The notes below the pieces were generated by a model. That model saw nothing but the letters and a program-made list of their open reading frames with translations. It was not told the origin of the DNA and did no database searches. A program made the position numbers and the translations under genes. This document shows, in pieces, positions 38,681-54,488 of a stretch of 64,000 nucleotides of DNA. The stretch comes from the human T2T-CHM13v2.0 reference genome, Homo sapiens, in NCBI RefSeq assembly GCF_009914755.1, contig NC_060928.1. The stretch is one strand, 5' to 3'. How positions within the stretch are numbered: the stretch's first letter is position 1; the number at the start of each line of letters is the position of its first letter.

Positions 38681-39809
38681 GCCTCAACAGGGGACAGAAA
38701 CACCATGAATCACAAAATCGAAGGACCTGGAAGTCAGTTCGCCCCAAGATCCCAGAGGGAAGGCCTCACTATGGTCCGGATCTCTGGATTTCCAGCCCAG
38801 TGATTTCCTTGCTCAGCCGTTAATCATTAAGTAACACGATTTAGGGTCTCCAGGTGGCGAGATGGGTCAGTGACTCCCAAGCACTATTTCCTACCGGACG
38901 GACTTTCATCAGCCTTCACAATCAGGCCGCCATGATACTGACCTACCTGGGAACAGTCTGCTTTAAAGGTTGTAAGAAGACGAGGCATGTGTACTTCAGG
39001 CCCTGAGGATCACACCCCAACTTTCTGCTGAGGTGGGGGAAGAGAAGCATCTAGAAACAGATCTAATGAAGCTATATTTACTATATTATTTAATAATTCC
39101 ATGCTAAAATACTGTTCTTCATCTTCAGAGACTTTAGGTGATCTGTGGAATGTTGAGACTTCTTTACTAACCACAGAGTTTTTAACATACTTCACAACAA
39201 ATACTGCTGTGTACTAACTATGGTATCCTCCACTATTACCTGACTTCAACTCATAAGGAAAGAAAGCCTCTGTGTGCATTGCACTGAATTTCCTCCTGCC
39301 GCCCTGCCAGCGGAGTGCCTGTGCTCCCGCCGGGGCTGGGGTGTGGCTGTGGACACCTGGAGAGGGTTTATTCCTTCTGAAGACAACAGCACAGACATCT
39401 CTGCAAACACCTTTTCTTTAGAGTTGTCAGAATAGAGAGATTTAAAAGGGAGAGGCAATGCCATATTAATCATGTTTCTACAACAAGACATAACACCATA
39501 GCAGACACATCATCATTTCTGGGGTCCCAGGAAGAACCAAGGGTTTTCAAGGCTCCCCACAGCAATGCTAAGCTATATAATCTCCTCAGTTTCTTTCTCC
39601 TCCTACTCCTCAAACATATATTATGCCCAGACCTATGCCATGTGCTCAGATATCCCAAAGGATATTTCTTGCTTGCTCATCTATCTCTTCACAGAGGACT
39701 TACTCTAATCTAAAAGAGAGACAGAAGACACAAGAAAATTGAAAACACTGCTTAGTCTAATTCATCAAACAAATTACTATAGGGGTAGTTCTGGTCTTGA
39801 ATTGCCACC

Positions 39810-40842
39810 TGAGATATGACATATACGTGTGTTGTGGGGAGGGGTACATATTTGTTTCTGTCCATGGTTCCTGGCTCGTTAACTCCCAGAACCCCTGTTA
39901 GTCTTTGGTTATAATGTTGTGGCACTTTTTGCCTCAGGAAACAGAATCTCTCTCCGGGCCACCTGCCACTCTCCTTTCACCTGCCAAGGCAGGACTCCAA
40001 TCTGACTGTGTGTCATAAGCCCCTCATTCCAGAGAGGGTCCCGCTCCATATCCTGGAGGCGGAAACGCTGCAGACAGAGGCCAAGAACAATCTCAAGAGA
40101 CAGGCCTTTGTCAACCACATGTTGACATGGCTGTCCGTGCGTCAATCATGCCTAGGCAATGAAGTCTCCATAAAAGGCCCAAGAAAGCAGAGTTCAGAGT
40201 TTCTCACCGCTGAACACGTGGAGGCTACGGGAAGGTGAACAAGAACTCATCCAGGTGCCGGGAGGGTGGTACACCCTGACTCTACCGGGACAGAAATGCC
40301 TGTGCGTGGGACCCTTGCAGACTTTGCCCCTGTGTATCTCTTCATCTGGCTGTTTATTTGCATCCTTTAAAATATCCTCTGTAATAAACAGGTAAATGTT
40401 AAGTGTTTCCCTGGGTTCTGTGAGCCGCTCCAATAAAGTAACAGAACCCAAAGAGAGGTCATGGGAACCGTCACTTGGAGCTGGTGGGTCAGGAGTTTCG
40501 GAGGCCTGGGCTTGAAGAGAGGTTATGGGAACCCTCGCTTGGAGCTGGTCCGTCAGGAGTTTCAGAGGCCTCGGCTTGCAACTGGTGGGAAGAAGTGAAC
40601 ACTCTTGGGAACTGAGCCCTTAACCTGCAGAATCTGAGGCTGTCTCCAGGTAAAAAAATGTCAGAATTGAATGAGAGGACTCCCAAGGTGTCCGCTGCTT
40701 GGTGTGTAGGAAATCCTCCCCCCGCCCCCCGGCCAGCCCCCCAAACACACACTTGGTCCCAGAAGTCTTCTGTGATGATGATTGTTGAGGTTTGGGAAGA
40801 GGGTAGGAAAACATCTCTTTGAGGGTTTTTGTTCACACTCAC
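39810..40842 (+). mobile_element. MER21-family solo LTR (antisense to FAT1)
   Basis: TG...CA ends; ccatggttcctggctc, tcaatcatgcct...aatgaagtctccataaaa, ctgaacacgtggagg, aataaacaggtaaatgttaagtgtttccctg.ttctgtgagcc; internal 64-bp duplication at 40451-40578. Confidence 0.82.
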
Positions 40843-41546
40843 ATTGTGTCAATCAAGGCTTTTACTTCTAGATTTCTCTCTCTGGAGGTCTGGGACCGCC
40901 ACTAGAGAGGCATACATACATTCTGGACTCCAAATTCATCCTCACAATTCTTATATACCTCTGACTTTTCTCTTATGTTTGACAATGCCTTTAATTTTTC
41001 AGTACTTAGTTCTTAGCTCACTTTTGCTTTATTTCACAAGGAGGGTGAACGCAGTCACCACTTGTGCAGTAAAGGAACAAAGATTAGAAGTTTATAAAAA
41101 TTTCGGAGGAGGATTTTGAGGTCATGGAGCTATCTTCTTGGAAGCAGGGAAGTCAGTCACAGACATCGATGGAAAAAAATATTAGAAGCAAAAGGCCTGG
41201 GGTGTCACTTCAGGAAAGTAACCACTTCCAATCTGAAAACTGTTCAATCCCAATCCCTTACCACCTGCAGATACAGCACTGCTCTATAGGAAACACTTAA
41301 AACATTAAAAAACTAGCCAACTGTGAAATAAACTCTTTTAATACTCTTTACAAAAAGCCGACTTAGGACAATTCAAATTCTTAGCAGCAGTAGAATTTGC
41401 TGTAAGTTTAAGATATATCACTAATTTAGGAGCTATTACTGAAATAACAATGTTTGCTTTTTAACCTGAAAGTGAAACCCTACTAATGAGCATAATCGTA
41501 AAATAGCTTTATAAAAGCAAACTCAAAGTTTAAAAAGCACATTTAA

Positions 41547-41845
<299 letters not shown>

Positions 41846-42008
41846 ATGCTAAATTTTTATCCAAAATAAAGGCTTATTTTGAATAATTCAAAAGGAAAAC
41901 AATTTATCAAGAAACAAAAGTATGTAACAGATAAATGCTAATTCTTACTTTTCCCCCTAACAGAAAAGCATAAGCATAAACATTTCCTATAGCAGTATTA
42001 ACACATAC

Positions 42009-42323
42009 CTGTTTTAGGATGTATTGAAAAGAATCCTTGTGGATTTCCACTTGTAATTTTGTACATGAGCTTGTCATTAGAGCTCGAATCTGGATCAAAT
42101 GCCTCGATCTGGACCACAGATACATCTTTAGGAGAATTTTCCATGATTTCTGGGTAATAAACAGGCTCTGATGTCTGTGGTGCATTGTCATTGACATCCT
42201 CAACCTCTATGTAGATCTCTATGAACGATGAAAGAGGCACGACACCCTGATCGGTTGCAAAGACTGTTAGCCAATAATGGGAGGTCGATTCACGGTCCAG
42301 TCGATCTGACGTCTCTATGACAC
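42009..42323 (-). CDS. FAT1: FAT1 exon 3 (315 bp, phase 1-1)
   Basis: Acceptor ttctctctag|GTGTC and donor CAG|gtatgt. Translates (G)[104 protein letters not shown]. Confidence 0.97.
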
Positions 42324-42419
42324 CTAGAGAGAAAAAAGAAAAGCGTAAAGCAGCACATCAACGACCAAAACTGCCAGCTTCAGAAAGTGTCAACAACTAC
42401 GGCTTACTGAGAGCTTTAT

Positions 42420-42580
42420 ATGTCTCTTACTAGGTGCATAACCTTGAGCAGGTTAACCAGCCTTTCTGTGACTCAGCTTCCTTTCTTCTAAAATAGAGAC
42501 AATAATAGTATATTCAACTAACATGCATATAATGATTAGAACACTTGGCACATAATATAGGCTATAAAAGTATTTGTTAT
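42420..42580 (+). mobile_element. MIR SINE
   Basis: cttactagg...accttgagcaggttaacc...ctcagcttcctttcttctaaaatagagacaataatagta...ttagaacacttggcacata. Confidence 0.75.
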
Positions 42581-43943
42581 TAGAATCAGGTGTCAGGCAC
42601 TAAATGGAGCACTTTAAAAATATTATCTCACTGAAGTCTCAAAATAGGTGAGCATTAAGAGATCATCTAATGGCCCAACACTTCATTTTTCCATAGGTAA
42701 AGTTTATAGTTGGTTGAGAGACGTGCTGACTTTCCTGGAGGCTACTCAGGAAGACAGGGACAACACCAGAGCCATGGCCCAGATCTGAGACCCCACAGTC
42801 CAGCACCCCCGCTCCCCACACTGCATCCCTGTGGCGGCCACTGTCTAAGGAAAAAGGCAGGAGCAGCATCCTCCAGAAAGCTCGGTCTGCACACACACCC
42901 CTTCTCACAGTGGCTAAGGAAAGAAACTGCAACCTTCAAAGTCCACAATAAGGGGCTGCTCAGATCTCCTGAGTGTTGAGGTCCTTTTATTTCTTTCAAT
43001 CGCCTCAAACAAATGGGAAGACAACCAGCATGCTATAAAAATATAAACTACACTATAAACTCCAAAAGGGCAGAGGCCACATCATTCTTAAATACCAGTA
43101 TCCGCAGCACCTTACACAAAGCACAATAACGTATTAAATACACAAGTGAAATATCTAAGTATCTTAATCAGGGTTGGTATAGAAAAGTCCTCAACTGGGA
43201 CCCAAACTAGGATACATTTCTTAGTAAGTCAACTAGCAAGAGATGAAATTATATGATTACAAAGAAGAGGGTTAGAGTATCTGTAATGTTTTGGTCCAGC
43301 CACTGAAACCAGTCAAAACTTAACTTCAAGCCAGGATTTACCTCCTCTGGGGATAAGAAGTAGAAATATCCATTTCTCTTTGGCAAGTCCCACCTTTTTA
43401 TTCAATGGTGCAATCTCGCCCTTTGTCTACCAAAAACATATCACTGCACTTTTTCTCATGGATTGATCACTCGGGACTAAAGATACTTTCAGTGTTCTTC
43501 TACACCATGGTACAGGCTGGACTCTGGAAATGCTGAAGCTCTAGAATCACTGAAGTTTCCCGTTAAACGCAAACTACTGTGAGAAAAATAACCAATTACC
43601 AATTTTACCTATGCTCAGCAATGAAACATTTGGTTGAGAAAAATACACTGTTGCAATTCGTAATTTTGATCACACGAAATTAAATATTAACTTATTCGAG
43701 GTTAATATCAGAAAAACTCATTTTTTGAATGAATGATAATTATATCTAATACTCCCAAAAGGACTCACAACTTGAAAATAGAAAACTTAGCTAAATAAAA
43801 TGTGAAATTATCATAAAATGAATCTTTATTGCCATTCAGAAGCATTACAATGATTTGTTATTGCTTCATTATTTCATACTGAACCTTCAGAAAGGGGGTA
43901 TAATACTGCTTCTAGAAACATGGAAGAAACCTCAGAACCAAAT

Positions 43944-44923
<980 letters not shown>

Positions 44924-45409
44924 AAACCTCAGAACCAAATAAAAATGAGCTAACTGGTTCCTCCGTACAGCAGACAACTGAAGATGAACTCAAACATGCT
45001 TCCCTGTTCTCTAACCCAAGCATAATGCACACACACTCAACTGGTCTGCTAAATTAGCAAAATTATATCTGTCTGTAGGCTCAAATAATAACCTTTCCCA
45101 GTTCCTCTGATTCATCACATCTATCCACAGATACAAAGACGTCAGGGGATAACAGAATGTTCTCTCCGGGAGGATTACACATTAACAAAATGTACACAAC
45201 TCCTCCTGTGTGCTGCTACTTCATTAAAATGCAATAAAATTCACTTGACAGGTGAAGTATTATTAGAAAATCTCAAGAAGACAGGTACGTGGTGCTTTTA
45301 TCTACCTCTTTTGAGTTCTAATCCTCCAACAATTCATGCTTCCATCTACTGTTTTAAAATGTGCCCCTCTAAATGTGACTAGAGGCATTTACAAACAGTG
45401 ATAATTACA

Positions 45410-45620
45410 GAAACAATTTGCTCAGTGTTTACTAAATGCCAGGCCCTGTGATAAGTGTCTTACATGCATTATCTTATATAATCTTTACATCCAACCTGCC
45501 TAGATATGTGATGCTATTAACTCCATTTCACTAATGAAAAACTCAGATTGAGAGAAATGAGGCACTTTCCCAGGGCCACAGTGAATGGCAGAGCTGGAGT
45601 GTGAATACCACAAATCTCAT
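45410..45620 (-). mobile_element. MIR SINE
   Basis: tgccaggccctgtgataagtgtcttacatgcattatctta...ccatttcactaatgaaaaactcagattgagaga...cccagggccacag. Confidence 0.78.
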
Positions 45621-48600
45621 CTTCAGCGCCAGCAATATCCTTGTCAGTCCTACGGCTGTTATGACAAAAGAGTAAACAAAACTTAATGTGGTAATTTGGG
45701 AAAGATGAGTCAAACTTCCTATTTCATCCACCTGTTCTACATGTCAGTATTCAGCAGGAATGTATTAAATGTTCACTCATACACAATAGCTTTCTCTAAT
45801 CTCAAGGGAAAAAAGAATTATGAAATGGAAGTATATCACCCTCACATCTGAGGTTTGCAATTACAGATAGAAACAGCTATGATTTTTCCGTCGTGCCTTA
45901 TTTCTAGTTCGGGCCGTAAGCGTCCAGACTGCAGTGTGCAATTCTGAGATGGCATCTGCTGGTCCCCACCGACCCATCAGCTGTACAACCAGGGGGTGGG
46001 GGACAGTCATGTCCATCAGGAGGGGATTGTCAGCCTCCCCGGTAATCTACGGATATTACTAAAGGTTAAGACTGAGGCAACAAAGCGACTCTATTCAAAT
46101 ATCGGAGATTGTGTAATTCGCAATTAAAATAGTAAGTATGAATGAGTGAGATGCTGGATGTTCCTATTTCATGAATTCATGACTGTGTACTTTTATAATG
46201 CCTATCGTGATTGCTGAGATAAGCTTCTGCTTCGATGCATTTTAATTATTACCTCTTTGTAAGATAAAAAATCACTGAATACAACTTACGGAGAACTATA
46301 AAGTAAATTTCAACTGCCAAAGGGAGAGGAGGGCACACCGAAGAATCTTATCTTCTAACCAAAATCCTCAGATCCCTCATGTCCACCAATCACGTCACTA
46401 GATGCTTTATGTGCATTAAATCATTGAAAGAACATGGAAGTTGCATGATTTTCATCCCAGCTTTACACATGAGGAAAGAGAAGCTTAGATCCATTAAGAA
46501 ACTTGCTTAAGCCCTGGAGTGATGAGGAAACAAGGCCAGGGTCAACAGCTAACTGGTGGGATCCGGAGCTGAGCCGGACAGTCTGACTCCAGGCCTCAGG
46601 GTCTTCTCCACTGAGCGGTGGGCTGTTGCCACTATCAATCAACAGCAACACTGTCGGACACCAAAGGTGCTGGGGACCTGGTGGGGCTATAACCATGAGG
46701 AAAGGCCACAAGGAGTTTCCCAGTGTGGAAGGAAGGGTCTTCCTCATGCATGCAGGACAACAGACGGGAGACGATCTGAGGATTCCGCTCAGAGTTTTGG
46801 GGTTCAGTACCTAGGCGCTATTATAGGCACTGCACAAAGTGGGTGGAAGGAAGCCTTAAGCGTGCCAAGTTATTTTGTTTTCCGCTTTTTAATCTGTCAG
46901 CCCAGTTGCATGATACACTCCTCAAGAACCCTGGGCAGAAACTTCCAAAGTGGACCTATGGCACTAGCCCGAGATCTCTAGGTCAAAACCCCGAAGCTTC
47001 CCATCTTGAATCAGAGGCAAGACGAAGGTCCAGGATGGCTGAGTGAGAGTCTAGATAATGTGCAAAGAAAGACCAGGGGTAGAGCTAGCCTTCGCCATCT
47101 CAAAATCAAGCATTAGACTGGGAACGCCTTCAAAACCCTCCAGTGCAACTCCCTTGTTCTTAAAGAACGTTGAAATGATTTGTCCAACTCCAAGAAGCTA
47201 AACAGGTGTAGTTCAGAATCCAGAGTGAAGGACTTCCTTAATCAGGGGTTCATCACGATCCAAACCATTCTTTAAGGGAGTCCTGGTTTCTGCAGGGAGT
47301 GACACACCAGCTGTCTCCAAGTATGACCGAAGCTGCCTTTACTCATTAAGTCATTAGCAGTTCTTGTTCCTACACTTCATCATGCTTTCACCAGTCCTTC
47401 CTAAAGCCACGACTGGCATTTACAGATTACAGATTGATTTCTTCTGTAACTTTAGCAGTTACCTCAATTCCATAGAGAGAAACAAATTTTCACATTTCCA
47501 TTGGGAAGACTTCTAATTAGTGCCTTTAACACAGAGAAAAACAAAAATAAAACTAAAGACATCCAGTCATCACTGGATGTGAATCAAACTGTGGTCACTC
47601 TCAAACCTCTATCCCTGTCTATTTCTCTTTATCCATGAATGTCTACCTATCAACTTTCAATAAGTACTTTTTTATATAGTGGGTTATAAACTCACCCTGG
47701 AGACAAAAGGAACCAACAAAAACTATAGTTTTTACAGGTATCTTTCTATTTACACATATTCACGACCTCACCTTTTTGGGCACCTATGTATATCCACCCC
47801 CAAACTCTTCTCTGCGGTCTCCCTCCTGTCTTCGGCATCTCCTCCCCTCTGCGCTCCCCTCCTTCTACCTTTCTGAAAGCAAACACAGCATGCGGCCAGA
47901 AGGTGCCTGCGCCCAGGCTGTGAGGAGGGAGGGCTGCAGCCCAGGCCTTCCGCAGGATTCCCTCCAGCCAGATGCCGGGAGCAACAGAGCCGTGAGAGGG
48001 GTGACAGGGAAACTCTGTCGCCACTCCCGTCAGGAGGTTGCCGTGCACACGCAGTGAGAGCGGTCGTGATGCTGCTGCGTGATGCTATGACGCAGATTTG
48101 GAGCACAGGAGACAGGTTGAGACACGCTTGTTACGTGTGCCACTCAGCAGTGCCATCAGAAATCACGGCTTTACCTGAATGAAGCATTACGGAAGGAATG
48201 AAAGCCTAGCTTTCCAACCTCGAGAATACAGTGAAGTTGTTAATAACCTGAAAAATCCGAAAGAAGCCGGAAATTTGGAGTTATTAAGTAAGAATATTTA
48301 TCATTCCAAACATACTCTCCAGGATTTCAAAACCACCACCAGATGTCACTATGGAAACTCACTTTAAATATGCATCCAGTGGAGAACGAGACTGAAGGGG
48401 GAAAAATGTAATTTCTAAAAGAGCTTAACCAAGATAGTTGAAAATAGAGCTCACAGCAAAATTTCTGTATGGAAGGATTCATTAATGTCCACTTACTTAA
48501 CTAAACGGATACTGACGTTGTCTTTCCACAGCCTGATTATTCAAAGGTTATAGGGTTGCTCCAATAAACGGTTCAAAAGTAAATCACAGTTTCCAATAAT

Positions 48601-49479
48601 AACTCCTACTCCCCGCCACTGCTGGCCCCTGCTGCTGTTAAGGAATAGTCCTTGATCAGGAAAGGCCAGCATTCCCTCCCGCTGACACAGGTGGAACAGG
48701 ACTCTTGCAACACAGTAATCTTTAAGGCAAAAATAAAGTTATAGCTATGATGTTTGCCAAAAATAATTTAACTGATTCAAATTCCCATGGCCACAGAACA
48801 CCTTTCCTCCTAGAATTTTCCTATTTTAACAGGTCTTGGCCCCCAATCAAGCCTTAATGCCAAGGCTTTCAACAAAGCCTCGTTACTTCTGACTCTCAGA
48901 AATACCTATCATCAGCAACAACCCAGCAACACAAATTTGCAAACGCTACCCTCCTTTCTGATATGTCACATACTTAATGTTTTAAACTTTTCATACAACT
49001 GCTTAAGGCAGCAATTGTATTAAAAGCTGCTTTGTTCAATCACAAGAAAAACTTAAATGTGAGATATAATTTTAACGATATTTTCCCTACAGGCAACAAC
49101 AGACAGAAACTCTTTTCTCCAATTCAATACCCTCAGCGTAAACAGGGTAACTCTTTTGAAAATAAGCATTTTCCCAAATATGAAAACAATACTCACGGAA
49201 AAAGAAGAGACATACCATCAACACACTAGAGAGCCAATATCTCTGTTGCTGCAATTAATCTATAAACGGTTATTCAATTTTTCCTGCTAATTATGCAAAG
49301 ACTAAACATCTCAGAATTGTCATATTAAATGTTAATCACTAAAAACATCAATTCTTCCTTAAAATTAAATTTTAAAAGTAGATTGTAAGCTTCCTATTAG
49401 AATGCAAACTTTTTAAGGACAAAGAATTGTTACGTGTTTGGTTCAAGGCCGGGTCAATAGTGAGTGCTTATAAAAAATG

Positions 49480-49782
49480 ATATCCATTACAGACAAGCAA
49501 AGGAGGAGAAACAGTCGCAGGCAAGAGGAGACCAGAGAGACGTAACTAAATGTCATGTGGGAGCTTGGACCACAGAAGGCACCTTAGGTAAGAACTCAGA
49601 AAATCTGCATCTATTATGGACTTCAGTTAGTAACAATGTACCAATACTGATTCTTTAATTGTAACATCTTACATACTCATGTAAGATGTCAACAACGTGA
49701 GAAGCTGGGGCAGGGAGCAGGGAGTTATGTGAGCATTCTACTTTCTGCTCCATTTTTCTGCAAATGTTTTATTTTTTTAAAA
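49480..49782 (+). mobile_element. L1MC-type 3' fragment
   Basis: gaggagaccagagagacgtaactaaatgtcatgtgg...tatggacttcagttagtaacaatgtaccaatactgattctttaattgtaac...atgtaagatgtcaac. Confidence 0.75.
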
Positions 49783-50124
49783 AGTTGTCTATGAGAGCTC
49801 ATAATATGTAGATTGTTTCCTTCCTTCAATTAAAAACTTTTTTGAACTTACCTGTTTTTAATCTCGTTTTCATTAAATACTAGATTTAGACTGATGTTAA
49901 TATTTCCACATCTTGATGATACCTTGAGAGCCTAATGTGTGTATAAGAAACTTTACATGTTAAAGGCTAAAGATTTAAATAACAATCTAATTCAAAATAT
50001 AATTTACTGTAAAATAATAAAAAAATATTACTTGTTTTGCCTATTATATACAAAGAAAAGCTGTAAAACGAGTTTAATATAAAAAGCAAAATTTCTGCAA
50101 TTTAGCCTTTCTTTAAAATAACTG

Positions 50125-50436
50125 GGCCGGGCATGGTGGCTCATGCCTGTAATCCCAGCACTTTGGGAGGCCGAGGCTGGCAGATCACCTGAGGTCAGGA
50201 GTTAAAGACCAGCCTGCCCAACATGTTGAAACCCCGTCTCTACTAAAAATACAAAAAATGAGCTGGGCGTGGTGGCAGGCGCCTGTAATCCCAGCTACTT
50301 GGGAGGCTGAGGTAGGAGAATCACTTGAACCCAGGAGGTGGAGGTTGCGGTGAGCCAAGACGTGTCATTGCACTGCAGCCTGGGCAACAAGAGCGAAACT
50401 CCGTCTCAAAAAAAAATAAAAATAAAAATAAAAATA
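50125..50436 (+). mobile_element. AluS element
   Basis: Full Alu with (taaaaa)n tail; TSD-like aaaataac. Confidence 0.95.
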
Positions 50437-51319
50437 ACGATACTAGTTTGACATGCAGTATTATCTCATAAATCGAAACCTTTGAATTCTTTTAGAAACA
50501 ATACAGTAGATCGTGTGTGTGTGTGGTGTGTGTGTGTGTAAATATACATTTAATGTTCTTGCTTCTGCCATCAGTTGGCAAATTTATGTTATTTACTACT
50601 GTGGACTAAAATAGAACAAGAAATGAAAAAGGAGGAGTCTATTGGGCTGAAGGCATTTAAGATTCTAAAATGGCTATTCAGTCTACTTTCTCAGGGAATG
50701 ACACAGGAAATGCTCTCAGAACTAAAATCAACATTTGTTACTTTCCTTTCACCTGAAGTTTATAAGATATTACTATTTACTTCACTGGTGTTGCTAATCA
50801 TAAAACATAAGGAATATGTAAAGACCAATGTTTAATGGTTTATTTTGCAGAAGAAGGAAAAAAACAAGTTCTAGTACTTTTAAAAACAATGTTCTATTAT
50901 GTGTGTATACATATATTAATAAATAAAATTTTAATTGCTAGAGACCACTTCTATAAATATTTTATGTTTTTGATAATAAAAGAAAGTCAAAATAAGTAAA
51001 AGAAAGTAAGTCAACCAAGAAGCATCCCTCGTGGGCCAATCAAACTGCTAGGCAGTATACTAGTGTACCGTACAGGTGCCTCTCTGCCCCCTTACAGATA
51101 AAAATACAGTAAATCATGTATAATTTCTTTCTCTCCAGTTTAACTGAAGCCATGACACTGACCACCATGACCCAATCTTTCAAAACCAGTGATGTGCCAT
51201 GAGTGCCATTTTGTGAGAAGCCATTTGTATTTTGAGCAAACTCAGTGGCCTGATGATGACTGACAGGGATGGCAACATAACAGCATACATGGACTCAAGA
51301 TATAGCAGAGAAGAACTTC

Positions 51320-51482
51320 TTATACATCAGCTCATTTACTCCTTACAGCAACCCTAAGAAGTAGGTAACGTTATCATATCCTATTTCACAGAAAGGAAAC
51401 AGACAGTACAAGCAACCTGCCAGAAGTCACACAGTCCATTAGTGGGGAACTGGGATTCAACCCTAAAAGTCAGGTTCCAGAC
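51320..51482 (-). mobile_element. MIR SINE
   Basis: ctcatttactccttacagcaaccctaagaagtaggta...atttcacagaaaggaaacaga...gaactgggattcaaccc. Confidence 0.75.
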
Positions 51483-53447
51483 AATCGTGCTAAATGTTTG
51501 GAGTCCCTGCCTGTCCTTCAATTGGAGGGAAGATTAAGGGGCAACTGAACACAACCTGCAAATTTCACCAGAGAAGTTGTGACTTGAATGCAATCCAGAA
51601 ATGTAGCTGCCAGATGCCGTTTTCCCAACATTTGAAAATCTGGGCTAAAGCGAATTTCATTGTATCGGGAGGGAAAAGGAATGGACTTATTATATGATGG
51701 TACATACACAGCTTTAAAAAAGAAGACATGCATATTAATTACACAGAAGAATGTCAGTGATACAGAAATTGAGAGAAAAATATAAACGTATAAAAGTATA
51801 TAAAATATGATGCTACTGCTGTTCAGAAAAATTTTTTAAACACACATACACAATTATATGTGCAGAGAAAAAAGGTCTGAAATAAACAAGGTGATCAGCA
51901 GATAAATCCATCCAGTGAACAGAAACTTTTTTAATCTGTAAATTTCTGTAACCATGGATTTAAAAATCTATATTTAAAATGTATACAATAAAAGTCAATT
52001 AAAACAATACCTGCAGCCCAGTATCAGAAGGTTTTATGTACAGAACCTCCCTGTTTTATTTTTCTGTCTATGTCTTAGATGTACTTTCATTTTTAAGTAT
52101 TTCTGTTTCATTTGAGTAGATATATGACAATGGATATTCTGGCAGCTTCGATAACTAACACTGAAGTATTTATGTAGGTAACTACTTACACAAAGCTTTA
52201 GGTCTAGGAAATTCTATAATCACATTGCCCAGAATGAGATCATAAGTCAATGACAAAAGGAAAAGCAAAAACACAACTGTCACTGTTTGCATTATTTAGA
52301 TTGCCTATTTAAATCATTTTAATTAAAACATATACCTATCAATTCTTTTAATTAAAATTGCTGCAATAACTTCAAAATTAGCTGAGGAAGCTTTCTGACT
52401 TGCAAACTTACTAAAACGTAGTATTAATTAAGTACATAATCAGATTTTAAGCATCATGTTTCAAGCCCAGGGATTTCTTTAGCTCTGCAAAGAGTCATTC
52501 CCAGGGTAAGCTCTGCTAAACCATGTTGTCCCGCTTTGTTGAGGAATGATTCCAAGTTCTGACTTCCCTGTCAGAATCACTGATATTGTCAATGACGGCT
52601 TTTGTGGATAAGCTCTACTGTTAAAGAGGATCACCCTTGGGTATCAAAACTTATCATCTGGACACCTGTTAATTGGATAAAACTACATCCACAAGACAGC
52701 CTTCAGAAGCATTAAGATACAGAGAATATATTTTACCTACCAATGGCAATGCTTCTGGAAGTTTGTTTCAAATTTCAGAAGATACGCAATTTCAGTGTTG
52801 ATTACTCTTCTCCCCTTATACGGACTGGATGCAGACTTAGTAAAAGCTTTAATATGCCATATTGTTTAATCTTCACAATTAGCCCAGTGGTCTCTCCCCA
52901 TTTTCCATATTCAGAAGCAGAGGCTTAAGGCTCAAAAGTCACTGGTCTGAAGTTATTTACTCCGTAATAAAGTAACCAATGAATTAATGGATTACCTTAC
53001 CAGTTAGTCATCTTAGAGCTTTACATCTAACAACTTAGCCTGAAAAGTTAAGGAAGTCATCCTCAGTTATCCAACTTTGGTAGCAGAGAAGCCAGAACCC
53101 CAAACCTGGCTGACTGGCTCCAGAGTCCACACATAAAACCAGAGGGTACTATCTCCATGAGATGCAGAGTTGTGATTCAACAGCCAGGTCTGACTCTCAT
53201 CAATCAATCACTGTTAGTGGAAAAACAGGCAACACATCCACCAAGGTGGACCAGCACTTGCCTGTGGTGGGAGGAGCGATGGAACTTAAGTTATAACAAC
53301 TAAAGGAAGGCCAAACAGATCCCTGTATAGAGTTCAAGAACTCCGTGTGACCAGGCCCATTTAGGATAAAAAAGAAAAAAGGATATTAAAAAAAATCCAA
53401 CACTGCTCTCTATTTAGGAAGTTACTGTGTTTATCATATCTTCTTTA

Positions 53448-53795
<348 letters not shown>

Positions 53796-54027
53796 CTAGG
53801 TGTAAGTAGGTATATGGCATTATACTAACAATACTGAATCTAACTACGAGAATATTATAACTGAGTCTTGAATACTGTTATTAACTATAAAAAAACTAGA
53901 GTGGTGGGTGGCAGATGTAGAGCTCTGAAGTGTAAATCAGCTGTAAAAGTTTTGTGGCAGATCAACAGAAACGTTTTAAGGAAAAACCCTCTTTAGGAAA
54001 GAAATCTCATTAAGAAAAAAAAAAAAC

Positions 54028-54184
54028 TAGCCTCAGCATGGTGGTGTGCCCTGTAGTACCAGTTACTCAGGAGGCTGAGGCAGGAGAATCGCTTGAACCC
54101 AGGAGGCGGAGGTTGCAGTGAGTTGAGATTGCGCCACCGCACTCCATCCTGGGCAATAAATAAAAAGAAAAAAAGAAAGAAAAA
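54028..54184 (+). mobile_element. Alu right arm only
   Basis: tagcc...gcatggtggtgtg...ggaggctgaggcaggagaatcgcttgaacccagg with A-rich tail; no left arm. Confidence 0.88.
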
Positions 54185-54186
54185 CC

Positions 54187-54488
54187 AGCCAGATGTAGTG
54201 GCTCATGCCTGTAATTTCTCCACTTTGCACTCTGGGAGGCTGACGTGGGAGGATTACTTGAGCCCAGGAGTTCTAGACCAGGCTGGGCAACATGGCAAAA
54301 CCCTGTCTCTACTAAAAATACAAAAAATTTGCCAAGCATGGTGGCACACACCTGTAGCTCCAGGCTGAGGTGGGAGGATCACAGAGGCTGCAGTGAACCA
54401 TGACCACACCACTGCATTCCAGCCCAGGTGACAGAGTGAGACCCTGTCTAAAACACACACACACCCACACATACACACGACCCTGTCT

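Noticed and set aside
38203-38823. Three 162-172 aa ORFs with Cys/His repeats (CVECRS...RCHSR), zinc-finger-like
   Set aside because: A stop-free 60-bp unit keeps several frames open on both strands; no promoter, convincing splice sites or correct C2H2 spacing.
41907-42203. Alternative-frame 98-aa ORF overlapping exon 3
   Set aside because: No recognisable domain; the cadherin frame explains the sequence and the ORF runs into the intron.
47559-47580. 9-bp hairpin acatccagt-catc-actggatgt
   Set aside because: Too short for a pre-miRNA and expected by chance; no tRNA, snoRNA or miRNA gene could be supported anywhere in the window by eye.
49843-49862. Perfect CAG|GTAAGT donor on the minus strand
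   Set aside because: No convincing upstream pyrimidine tract or acceptor to define an exon or recursive site.
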